Shown here piece after piece: positions 18,691-25,456 of a stretch of 29,311 nt of DNA (positions within the stretch are counted from its first letter, which is position 1; every line of letters begins with the position of its first letter). The stretch comes from a virus. Its lineage: Duplodnaviria; Caudoviricetes. The stretch spans positions 1 through 29,311 of IMG/VR virus record IMGVR_UViG_3300030392_000608; one strand, written 5' to 3'. The notes beneath the pieces were generated by a model that had not been told where the DNA came from, ran no database searches, and saw only the letters and a program-made list of their open reading frames with translations. The translations under genes were made by a program, and so were the position numbers.

Positions 18691-18982
18691 ATTGTTTTAA
18701 TCTTTTATTTACTTCAATTAAACTGTGGATTTGTATACATACATTTTCTAGGTGTTTTATTCTGCAGTAGAAATTAAACATACTATCGTTTGCTTTAATG
18801 TGGCAATCTCTACAAACACCAATTAGATTTTCAATATAATCCTTTTCTTTTTTTTTGCCGAATTTACTTTGTCTTTCTAAATGGTGAACATCAACTGCCC
18901 TTGCACCACACATTTCACAAGGTATAAAATCCTGTTCTGCATAGTTAAAAAAATCCATATATACTTTAGTGTGCTTTTTCAA
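18674..18982 (-). CDS. HNH endonuclease
   Basis: CEMC...DVHH...ENL...CRDCH pattern, near the terminase genes. Confidence 0.85.
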   Translation of the reverse strand: MKKHTKVYMDFFNYAEQDFIPCEMCGARAVDVHHLERQSKFGKKKEKDYIENLIGVCRDCHIKANDSMFNFYCRIKHLENVCIQIHSLIEVNKRLKQYANRT

Positions 18983-19103
18983 GTTTCTTTGTTCTTGGTG
19001 TTATTCCTCTAACATAAAAATCTCTTTTGCAGAAATAACATTTTCCTTTTTGTATCAAACTCACCCTAGTACATCTACAACAAAATCTAAATATCTGGCT
19101 CAT
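18966..19103 (-). CDS. Small zinc-finger-like protein, 45 aa (MSQIFRFCCRCTRVSLIQKGKCYFCKRDF...)
   Basis: Not in the ORF track. Two CxxC motifs. Overlaps both neighbours in operon style. Confidence 0.65.
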   Translation of the reverse strand: MSQIFRFCCRCTRVSLIQKGKCYFCKRDFYVRGITPRTKKLEKAH

Positions 19104-19239
19104 CTTTATATTTTTTACGATTATATTTCTTTTTATTTTTATGGATATAGTGTATTAGTTTATTCCAAAATGGATCACGACCTTTACCTGCCTTGACCTC
19201 TATATTTTTTCTTATATCCTGTTTGTCCTTTACTTGCAT
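19087..19239 (-). CDS. Small basic peptide, 50 aa (MQVKDKQDIRKNIEVKAGKGRDPFWNKLIHYIHKNKKKYNRKKYKDEPDI)
   Basis: Not in the ORF track. The open frame fills the gap before the zinc-finger ORF and overlaps the YRGQGR ORF. Confidence 0.5.
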   Translation of the reverse strand: MQVKDKQDIRKNIEVKAGKGRDPFWNKLIHYIHKNKKKYNRKKYKDEPDI

Positions 19240-19309
19240 TTTTACTATGTACTCCCCTTCTGCGTTTTCGTTTATTTTCTCTGTGAATATACCCTGCTCT
19301 TTTAACCAT
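19184..19309 (-). CDS. Small basic peptide, 41 aa, ending KKKYRGQGR
   Basis: MVKRAGYIHRENKRKRRRGVHSKNASKGQTGYKKKYRGQGR. I recall the YRGQG terminus from other aquatic phage micro-proteins (unverified). Confidence 0.7.
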   Translation of the reverse strand: MVKRAGYIHRENKRKRRRGVHSKNASKGQTGYKKKYRGQGR

Positions 19310-19317
19310 AGATATAA

Positions 19318-19686
19318 TTATTGTTCATTTGTTTTACAGGTGTTGACATAGACCTTCGCTAATTTTGCAAGTGTTTGCTGTATACAACTTGTGCAGCTTG
19401 TTAATTTTTTATTAGCATTAAACACTTTATTATAAATTTTAACTAAGGAAATTTGTTCATTTCTATTTATATTTCCTTTTTTAAGTGAAGGTAGAACTTG
19501 CTCATATATTTTTAATTCATCTTCAGTAAATGGTCTAGCATATGGAAACATTTGATTTAGTTTCTTTTTCCTTTCATCACAACCACAATCATCGCCAAGT
19601 ATTTTTTTTGCAACCTTGTCTATGCCTGTTGCTTTTAATACCTTTTCTACACTATCGCCAATTCCTTTACTTGAATTTTTCTTCAT
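19318..19686 (-). CDS. Hypothetical phage protein with CGC and CxxC motifs
   Basis: 122 aa containing KGIGDSVEKVLKATGI...DCGCDERKKKLN...SCTSC. Confidence 0.75.
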   Translation of the reverse strand: MKKNSSKGIGDSVEKVLKATGIDKVAKKILGDDCGCDERKKKLNQMFPYARPFTEDELKIYEQVLPSLKKGNINRNEQISLVKIYNKVFNANKKLTSCTSCIQQTLAKLAKVYVNTCKTNEQ

Positions 19687-19897
19687 TTGTTTTTCTAATT
19701 TTAAGGGCTAATTGAAATATCTCATTTATTAAAAATTTAATCTCATCTACATCTTCACATATTAGTTCATCAAATACTTCTTCTTCAGAAGAATATTGTT
19801 TTATCATTTTTAAATGATACTCTATGTCTAATGAATAATCCAATATAATAGATAGTTCTTTATCTTTATTTAGCAATTCTCTTTTACTCTTTTTCAT
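19667..19897 (-). CDS. Hypothetical protein
   Basis: 76 aa, overlapping both neighbours. Confidence 0.6.
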   Translation of the reverse strand: MKKSKRELLNKDKELSIILDYSLDIEYHLKMIKQYSSEEEVFDELICEDVDEIKFLINEIFQLALKIRKTNEEKFK

Positions 19898-20042
19898 TTT
19901 TAGATTTTTCTAATATTGTATTATATAATTCTATTATTTCAGGTGGTAATGTTTTTATTGCTTCGGCTAATTCTTTAACATCTTTATTTTTTTTAAAATT
20001 TTCAGATATTAATTTTAATTTCTCAATTCCTTTATTTTTCAT
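19884..20042 (-). CDS. Hypothetical protein, 52 aa (MKNKGIEKLKLISENF...)
   Basis: Not in the ORF track. Fills the gap and overlaps both neighbours. Confidence 0.6.
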   Translation of the reverse strand: MKNKGIEKLKLISENFKKNKDVKELAEAIKTLPPEIIELYNTILEKSKNEKE

Positions 20043-20241
20043 TTTCTAACTGTTTTAATTTTTTATTAAAATAATCTTTTTCTATATAATCTACGACCAT
20101 TGGAAATGTTAAGCCTTCAGCACTACTTTTAAATGCAGACAATATATTTATTAATTCCCATTTCACTTCATCATTTCCTGCGGTTGCTTTTCGTATTATA
20201 TCTACCGCTTTATCTTTTTCTTTTTTAGTTAGTTTTTTCAT
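20032..20241 (-). CDS. Hypothetical protein
   Basis: 69 aa, coupled to its neighbours. Confidence 0.6.
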   Translation of the reverse strand: MKKLTKKEKDKAVDIIRKATAGNDEVKWELINILSAFKSSAEGLTFPMVVDYIEKDYFNKKLKQLENEK

Positions 20242-20740
20242 TTATTAAAAATTCTTTAACATTAGTGATAGATTTATGTAATGTGTTTCTATTTATCTTG
20301 GTGGCTTTCGCCATTGTATTTAAAGAAAAGTTTTTATCGCTTAAATAATACAATTTAAATACTTCTGCATCAAACCAATATAGGTCTTTAAGTTTCGTGT
20401 CAATCCAATCTAGCCTTTCTTCTACGTTTTCTTTGTATTCTATTGTTGCTATTGTATCATCAGTAGAAACGCCTTCTTGAATACCTGATATATGATACTC
20501 GTAATATTTGTTGTACTTATAATAGTACCTGCTAGTTTTACTATGGAATTGATTTATCATTAATCTAGCTATATAAAAAGTGAATTGTTTATTTTTTATT
20601 ATATCTTTGATCCTTTCTGTATCGCATTTATAAAGTTCTTCAATAACAAAACTTAAAAGGTCTTCACCTTTGCCACTTGTGATATTATAAGCCATATCTT
20701 TCAACTTATTATAGTTTTGTTTTAAATATTTATTTAGCAC
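20225..20740 (-). CDS. Phage-encoded ECF-like RNA polymerase sigma factor
   Basis: 171 aa with region 2-like AYNIT...EDLL...FTFYIARLMIN and region 4-like VFKLYY...SLNTMAKATKINRNTL HTH. Confidence 0.75.
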   Translation of the reverse strand: MLNKYLKQNYNKLKDMAYNITSGKGEDLLSFVIEELYKCDTERIKDIIKNKQFTFYIARLMINQFHSKTSRYYYKYNKYYEYHISGIQEGVSTDDTIATIEYKENVEERLDWIDTKLKDLYWFDAEVFKLYYLSDKNFSLNTMAKATKINRNTLHKSITNVKEFLINEKTN

Positions 20741-21015
20741 AGTTTAATGATAGAAGGTATATTTATTTGTTTCATTAAGTTATATTCCACACTTGAAATT
20801 TTACTTGTTTCTATTTCTGCAATATTGCCAAATGTGGTGTTCACTTTATTATAAATATAATTTATGATGTTTTTGTTTTGTTTCAAATCTCGTAAAATGA
20901 AAGATAATTCTGCACCTTCATTAAAAAAAATTGTAAACAAGTAGTTGTTAGTATCATAGTGATTGGCATAATACCTTCCTGTCCTGGTATTAAAAAAAGT
21001 TCTTTTAACTTTCAT
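20734..21015 (-). CDS. Hypothetical protein (93 aa from ATG 21015)
   Basis: ORF track 20734..21060, trimmed to the ATG overlapping the upstream gene's end. Confidence 0.6.
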   Translation of the reverse strand: MKVKRTFFNTRTGRYYANHYDTNNYLFTIFFNEGAELSFILRDLKQNKNIINYIYNKVNTTFGNIAEIETSKISSVEYNLMKQINIPSIIKLC

Positions 21016-21655
21016 CAAATAAACCACCTTGTATAGTGTTATTTTCTTTATATATTCCAACTACCATATCTAAAATAGATTTACCAATTTTAGGGTTAAC
21101 ACAATTACGCAATAATTTATTCTTATCCTTATATGAATACTTGTCTAAATTAAATCCTAATTTATGTAAATATGTGTTTTCTGTTCTACCTTTTTTTGTT
21201 GGGCCAAATCTACCTATTTGTTTTTCAATTTGATTACTTATGTTAGGAATTTTAAAATTAGACCAAAAATAGTGTCTTCCTGAAATTTGGGGTTTTATTA
21301 ATGGGTGATAATAACTTTTTACATTTTCTATTACATACTTGCCTTTATATAAATACTGTAATAATAGTATTTCTTGATAAAGTTCCATTTTAGGGTATCT
21401 TATAACGCCTTGTGCATTTAAAAAATGATTTGTTATAGAATGGGTTTGACAAGGTGGTGAGGCCCAAATAAAATCATATTCTTTATAGTTGTCTAAAAGA
21501 TATTGGTGTGCATCTGTTACTACAACTTTGTCATTAGGAAAATAATCTTGATATATTTTTGCTATTTCTTTATCATATTCAACTGCTGTAACATCAACAC
21601 CTTCCCATAGTTTTCTATTGCCACCAATACCAGAATATAAATTTAATACTTTCAT
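21005..21655 (-). CDS. Compact C5-cytosine DNA methyltransferase
   Basis: Motif I LYSGIGG, motif IV SPPCQ, motif VI ENV, and a motif X-like RNCV. Confidence 0.88.
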   Translation of the reverse strand: MKVLNLYSGIGGNRKLWEGVDVTAVEYDKEIAKIYQDYFPNDKVVVTDAHQYLLDNYKEYDFIWASPPCQTHSITNHFLNAQGVIRYPKMELYQEILLLQYLYKGKYVIENVKSYYHPLIKPQISGRHYFWSNFKIPNISNQIEKQIGRFGPTKKGRTENTYLHKLGFNLDKYSYKDKNKLLRNCVNPKIGKSILDMVVGIYKENNTIQGGLFDES

Positions 21656-21688
21656 TTTATAAGTCCTTTAAAAAAGTCTTTGGTGGTT

Positions 21689-22411
21689 TCAAAATAAAGT
21701 CTTTTGACTTAAATAAGGTTTTATTCTTTTATCTGATAATTCAACATATATATTATTTATTTCACTTCCAATAAATTGTCTTTTTTCTAATATAGATGCA
21801 ACAGCTGTTGTTCCACTACCCATAAAACAATCATACCATATATCGCCCTCTATTCCAAATTTTTGCATAAATGTTCGTGGTAAATCTAATGGGTAAACTG
21901 CCCTGTGTTCTTTGGCATATTTATTGCTATGTGAATTTTTTATTTCAAATAAATTAGAAAATACATTTTTATTGCTAAAATTTCCATCATAAAACTTTTT
22001 CTTTTCAGGGTTTTTATTACTAAAAATAATGATAAATTCAAATGATGAAGATAATACGCCTGGTTCAATGTGGGGTATTGCTTTTTTTTTCCAAATTATT
22101 ATATCTTTTATTTTTTCCTTATAATATCCTAATAAACCTAAAAAAGATATTTTATTATCTCCCAGCATTTGTATATTGTAAAATATATGGTTTTTTGTTA
22201 TTCTCAATAATTCGTTTATTATATTTATATTCCATTGTAAATAATCATCTTTAGTTAAATCATCTTTATAGTCGCTATATTTATTTTCTTGCATACCATT
22301 TTTTCCAACATTATAAGGTGGTGAGGTTATTGTATAATCTACAAAATTATCAGGCATTTTAGCCATTGTTTCTAAACAATCTTCATTATGTATTTTGTTT
22401 AATTCTATCAT
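21689..22411 (-). CDS. Amino-DNA methyltransferase (beta class, N4-cytosine or N6-adenine)
   Basis: TSPPY, HRAVYP and DCFMGSGTT. Confidence 0.92.
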   Translation of the reverse strand: MIELNKIHNEDCLETMAKMPDNFVDYTITSPPYNVGKNGMQENKYSDYKDDLTKDDYLQWNINIINELLRITKNHIFYNIQMLGDNKISFLGLLGYYKEKIKDIIIWKKKAIPHIEPGVLSSSFEFIIIFSNKNPEKKKFYDGNFSNKNVFSNLFEIKNSHSNKYAKEHRAVYPLDLPRTFMQKFGIEGDIWYDCFMGSGTTAVASILEKRQFIGSEINNIYVELSDKRIKPYLSQKTLF

Positions 22412-22761
22412 TTTATCAGTCCTGAAAAATACCTGTCTATAACTTTTTGTGCATCATCAAATCCATAAACAATTTCTGAAACATAACCCCTTTCGTTTAA
22501 ATCATTACGCCACTTCAACTGTTCTTTTGAAGCCCTGCCTTTTAGGGTTTTGAGTTCTAGCATTAAACCATTAAATTTATTTATCGGCTCAAATATTAGA
22601 ATATCTGGAACACCTTTTTTATAGTGTTTCTTTATTATGCTTTTCTGTCTATAGTTTGCTTTGCCTAAATACAAACCCCCCATTGTAGAAGTGTATAGTG
22701 CTTTAGGATATTGTAATTGCAAATAATCAACTACTGCATTATGTAGTCTTTGTTCTGTCAT
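22408..22761 (-). CDS. VRR-NUC-type PD-(D/E)xK nuclease / resolvase
   Basis: GVPD...LELK...GRASKEQ. Confidence 0.88.
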   Translation of the reverse strand: MTEQRLHNAVVDYLQLQYPKALYTSTMGGLYLGKANYRQKSIIKKHYKKGVPDILIFEPINKFNGLMLELKTLKGRASKEQLKWRNDLNERGYVSEIVYGFDDAQKVIDRYFSGLIK

Positions 22762-23399
22762 TTAAAAGGCATTTTATTATATATAGAAGGTGCATCATCT
22801 TTTTTATTAAAATCACTCGCCACCCACCTTTTTAGTCTATATTCTATATTGAAGGTGTTTGATAATTCCCATTTCATTTTAGGGTTTTCTTCGTTTGTTA
22901 ATTCAGACCAATATTCTATGAAGTCATTTTTATCTTTATCACTAAAATCTTTTAGAGAGTTTACATTATTCCTAAAACACTCTATTCTTTTACTTATACT
23001 CTTATTTACTTTTACTTCTACTCTACTAGTATTACTATCGTATTTCGTTCGTAATACGTTCGTATTATTCCACCTTTTATTAATGCTTTCTTTAGCCTTA
23101 GTGCTTTTATTGTTTATATCTTCTATATGTCTATGCAACCTTTTAGAATAAAAACAATTATCTTCAAGTACAAATAAATCAAAATCTTCAATTACTTGTT
23201 TTAATATTTTATGATCACATTGAAGTCCGAATGCCAAAGTTTCATAATCAGAAATACATAGTTTATTTTCTTCATTGAATAAAAGTTCTAATAAAGCCCA
23301 GAAAATACCATAGCCTTCATAAGACAGTTTAGCCCTTAATTTTATTATTCTAATATCGTTTCTTGAATTGCTATCGTGATTGAAGTATGTTTTTTTCAT
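22758..23399 (-). CDS. Putative replication initiator (DUF4373 / Lin1244-like N-terminus)
   Basis: YFNHD...LRAKLSYEGYGIFWALLE N-terminus, a repeat-containing linker, and a C-terminal FIEYWSE...RLKRW domain. Confidence 0.75.
   Translation of the reverse strand: MKKTYFNHDSNSRNDIRIIKLRAKLSYEGYGIFWALLELLFNEENKLCISDYETLAFGLQCDHKILKQVIEDFDLFVLEDNCFYSKRLHRHIEDINNKSTKAKESINKRWNNTNVLRTKYDSNTSRVEVKVNKSISKRIECFRNNVNSLKDFSDKDKNDFIEYWSELTNEENPKMKWELSNTFNIEYRLKRWVASDFNKKDDAPSIYNKMPFK
22991..23072. repeat. Iteron-like 11-bp periodic array plus TACT-rich tract (candidate origin)
   Basis: Consecutive units gtattactatc / gtatttcgttc / gtaatacgttc / gtattattcca at 23029-23072, next to repeated TACT. Confidence 0.5.
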
Positions 23400-23413
23400 A
23401 CATTGAATATAAA

Positions 23414-23474
23414 GATAAAGCCCATACTATTAAAAAATAGAGAAAAAAGAAGTGAAAATAGTACAGGCTCTATC
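23414..23474 (-). ncRNA. Intergenic RNA hairpin: 18-bp stem with a 25-nt pyrimidine-rich loop (candidate antisense regulator)
   Basis: GAUAGAGCCUGUACUAUU pairs fully with AAUAGUAUGGGCUUUAUC. The three non-Watson-Crick pairs are all G-U, so the full stem forms only on the minus strand. Confidence 0.65.
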
Positions 23475-23495
23475 ACAATTAAAACACAAAATTAA

Positions 23496-23930
23496 TTAAA
23501 ATGGAACATCATTATTAGTGCCACTAGAATTTTTATTAACATCTTGGGTGTTCATTACCCAATCCACAAATATCTCAGCTCTAGCAATAACATCTTCTGT
23601 ATTGTAAGTTCCTTGTGCAATACAAATATCAACAGCACATTTTAAAGAGCTTTGTTTTATTATATATTCTTGCACATTGCCATCTTTTTTAGGAGCATAA
23701 TTAGTATTAGGTGTAAAATTAGATATTGGTTTTATGTGTATATATTTACCTTTATCTATTCTTTCATATTCCACTTCTTCACCTACTACAAATTTATTCT
23801 GGTCATCACTCTTGCTAGAGTATTCACCTTGATCTCCATTGTCAAATAAAATAATGTATTTATATAATACACCATAATTGCCTTCCCAACTTCCATTGGG
23901 TTCTGCTTTTAATACTTTACCTTTAGCCAT
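23496..23930 (-). CDS. Putative single-stranded DNA-binding protein
   Basis: Beta-rich OB-like N-terminus and SSB-type C-terminal tip NNDVPF, upstream of the initiator gene. Confidence 0.7.
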   Translation of the reverse strand: MAKGKVLKAEPNGSWEGNYGVLYKYIILFDNGDQGEYSSKSDDQNKFVVGEEVEYERIDKGKYIHIKPISNFTPNTNYAPKKDGNVQEYIIKQSSLKCAVDICIAQGTYNTEDVIARAEIFVDWVMNTQDVNKNSSGTNNDVPF

Positions 23931-23934
23931 CTTT

Positions 23935-24147
23935 TTAAATTTTATTAGTTGATAATTCAGTTACATCTATATTAAGAAAATCGCATAACCTATCCAATTC
24001 ATTTAGTCTAAAATTGCCAGGATTGTTTAATTTGTTTAACATAGTCGGATAAGATAAATTTAATTCTTTTGATAGTTGAATTTTATTCACCTTGTTTTTA
24101 TACATTGCAAGTCCTATTATGTCTTGCCTTCTTTCGTTTAAAGTCAT
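23935..24147 (-). CDS. Cro-like (XRE) HTH regulator, 70 aa
   Basis: KIQLSKELNLSYPTMLNKL...FRLNELDRLCDFL. Start reassigned to the ATG at 24147. First gene of the leftward unit. Confidence 0.75.
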   Translation of the reverse strand: MTLNERRQDIIGLAMYKNKVNKIQLSKELNLSYPTMLNKLNNPGNFRLNELDRLCDFLNIDVTELSTNKI

Positions 24148-24171
24148 AAGCGTTACTTTTAAAATTATTCT

Positions 24172-24200
24172 GCAATATAACAAATCTTTTTAACATACAA
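24172..24200 (-). promoter_or_regulatory. Possible leftward Bacteroidota-type promoter
   Basis: Minus strand TTG-N18-TATATTGC, an imperfect match to TTG...TAnnTTTG, upstream of the Cro-like gene. Confidence 0.5.
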
Positions 24201-24217
24201 TTAAATAACCTTAACAC

Positions 24218-24242
24218 TTATTAACAATCATAATGTTAATAA
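24218..24242. promoter_or_regulatory. Inverted repeat TTATTAACA-N7-TGTTAATAA (operator or DnaA-box-like pair)
   Basis: Perfect 9-bp arms between the divergent promoters. Confidence 0.55.
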
Positions 24243-24267
24243 CTTATAAAGATTTCTTTACATTTTC

Positions 24268-24298
24268 TTTGTTATATTAAATTTTCTTTATATATTTG
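24268..24298 (+). promoter_or_regulatory. Bacteroidota housekeeping-sigma promoter (early, rightward)
   Basis: TTTG (24268-24271), 19-nt spacer, TATATTTG (24291-24298): matches the -33/-7 consensus. Confidence 0.85.
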
Positions 24299-24326
24299 TT
24301 CTAACAAACAATTAAAAATAGAGAAA

Positions 24327-24572
24327 ATGAAAACATTAAACGAAATTAAAGAAGCCTTTAAAACTAACAAAATACAAACAGTAGGATATTATACATTTAT
24401 TTTAGATGGTTCTGAAATGGATCAATGGGATAACAAAACAAAACAATCTTATAAAGAAATTAATGTCGGAACGATACACTCAAATCTTCCTAACGCATAT
24501 CAAAGAACTACATATTACAATGATATGGAAAAATTTGAGAACGCAATAAAAAGAAATTTAAGAAAACAATAA
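24327..24572 (+). CDS. Putative immediate-early hypothetical protein
   Basis: 81 aa, bracketed by a host-type promoter and a terminator. Confidence 0.75.
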   Translation: MKTLNEIKEAFKTNKIQTVGYYTFILDGSEMDQWDNKTKQSYKEINVGTIHSNLPNAYQRTTYYNDMEKFENAIKRNLRKQ

Positions 24573-24584
24573 ATAAATAACAAC

Positions 24585-24609
24585 AAGGGGGGAAAATCCC
24601 CCCTTTTTT
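24585..24609 (+). terminator. Intrinsic terminator
   Basis: GGGGGGA-AAA-TCCCCCC followed by TTTTTT. Confidence 0.9.
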
Positions 24610-24626
24610 AATTTTAAAAAATAGAA

Positions 24627-24839
24627 ATGAAAAAATTTGAATTTACAACACTAGAACAATGTACAATAGAAAGAGCATTAATAGAAAAAGAAGTTGAAGT
24701 AGATGAAAGAATTAGGTGCTATACGGATCAACTTAATACTATTATTGATACTGATGAAATTAAAAGAGTATCTGCTTTATTAAAAGGTAGAAAAGAAATT
24801 AAAAAAGATATTAAATCAATACTAAAAAAATTGCTATGA
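24627..24839 (+). CDS. Hypothetical coiled-coil protein
   Basis: 70 aa with an A-rich leader. Confidence 0.7.
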   Translation: MKKFEFTTLEQCTIERALIEKEVEVDERIRCYTDQLNTIIDTDEIKRVSALLKGRKEIKKDIKSILKKLL

Positions 24840-24994
24840 GTTTAGAAAAAGACATACATACATATTTAAAATATATTGTTAAAAGTATAGATGTTAGAAA
24901 TGAAGAAGTATCTAATTGCTGTTGCAGAAAAGTAATACCAGAAACAGATATTTGTTCAAAGTGTAATGAACATTGTGAAATAATAAAAATATAA
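24836..24994 (+). CDS. Small Cys-rich (zinc-binding-like) protein, 52 aa
   Basis: Not in the ORF track. ATGA overlap with the upstream gene and a SNCCC...ETDICSKCNEHC motif. Confidence 0.75.
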   Translation: MSLEKDIHTYLKYIVKSIDVRNEEVSNCCCRKVIPETDICSKCNEHCEIIKI

Positions 24995-25015
24995 AGACTA
25001 TAAAAATAAATAGAT

Positions 25016-25246
25016 ATGAATTACAATTTTAAATGGGGTACTCATAAACAAGTTCTTTATGATTATCTAAGTACAGGAAAAAAAATAACAACTAAAGATG
25101 CAATGATTGATTTAGGTATTGGTGATTTGCAAGGCACTATAAGAGATTTAAAAGAAGATGGCATACCTATTATGTCAAAATATATAAGCGTTCCAACAAG
25201 GTATGGAAAAAATGCTACTGTAAAAGAATATAAATTAAGTATCTAA
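25016..25246 (+). CDS. Winged HTH protein
   Basis: ITTKDAMIDLGIGDLQGTIRDLKEDGIPI...EYKL pattern. Confidence 0.75.
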   Translation: MNYNFKWGTHKQVLYDYLSTGKKITTKDAMIDLGIGDLQGTIRDLKEDGIPIMSKYISVPTRYGKNATVKEYKLSI

Positions 25247-25456
25247 ATATCCGTAAGGACAAATTAAATCATAGAAAGCGGGATCTATTTCTTTAATCGC
25301 TTTTTCTATTATTCTTAATTCAAATTTGGTTCTTTTACCACAATCAAATTTAGATTCCGTATCCTTGTTAGCTATGATAATAGACATTTTATGTAGCAAT
25401 TTATCTATTCTTTCTTTTATGCTTTTATTGGTATAATATTTAGTTAGTTTTTTCAT
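25235..25456 (-). CDS. Hypothetical protein
   Basis: 73 aa, last gene of the leftward unit, converging with the HTH gene. Confidence 0.65.
   Translation of the reverse strand: MKKLTKYYTNKSIKERIDKLLHKMSIIIANKDTESKFDCGKRTKFELRIIEKAIKEIDPAFYDLICPYGYLDT

Noticed and set aside
2188-22254. Other plus-strand ORFs in the track (e.g. 3906, 5633, 6985, 7491, 14001, 18308, 18969)
   Set aside because: All lie opposite well-supported minus-strand genes and have no motifs or expression signals.
21005-22761. Restriction-modification system (methyltransferases plus nuclease)
   Set aside because: The nuclease is a short VRR-NUC type coupled to the replication initiator, which fits a resolvase-like role better than restriction.
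23414-23474. Hairpin as a simple intrinsic terminator or tRNA
   Set aside because: The loop is 25 nt with only a short U run after the stem, and there is no cloverleaf or T-loop motif.
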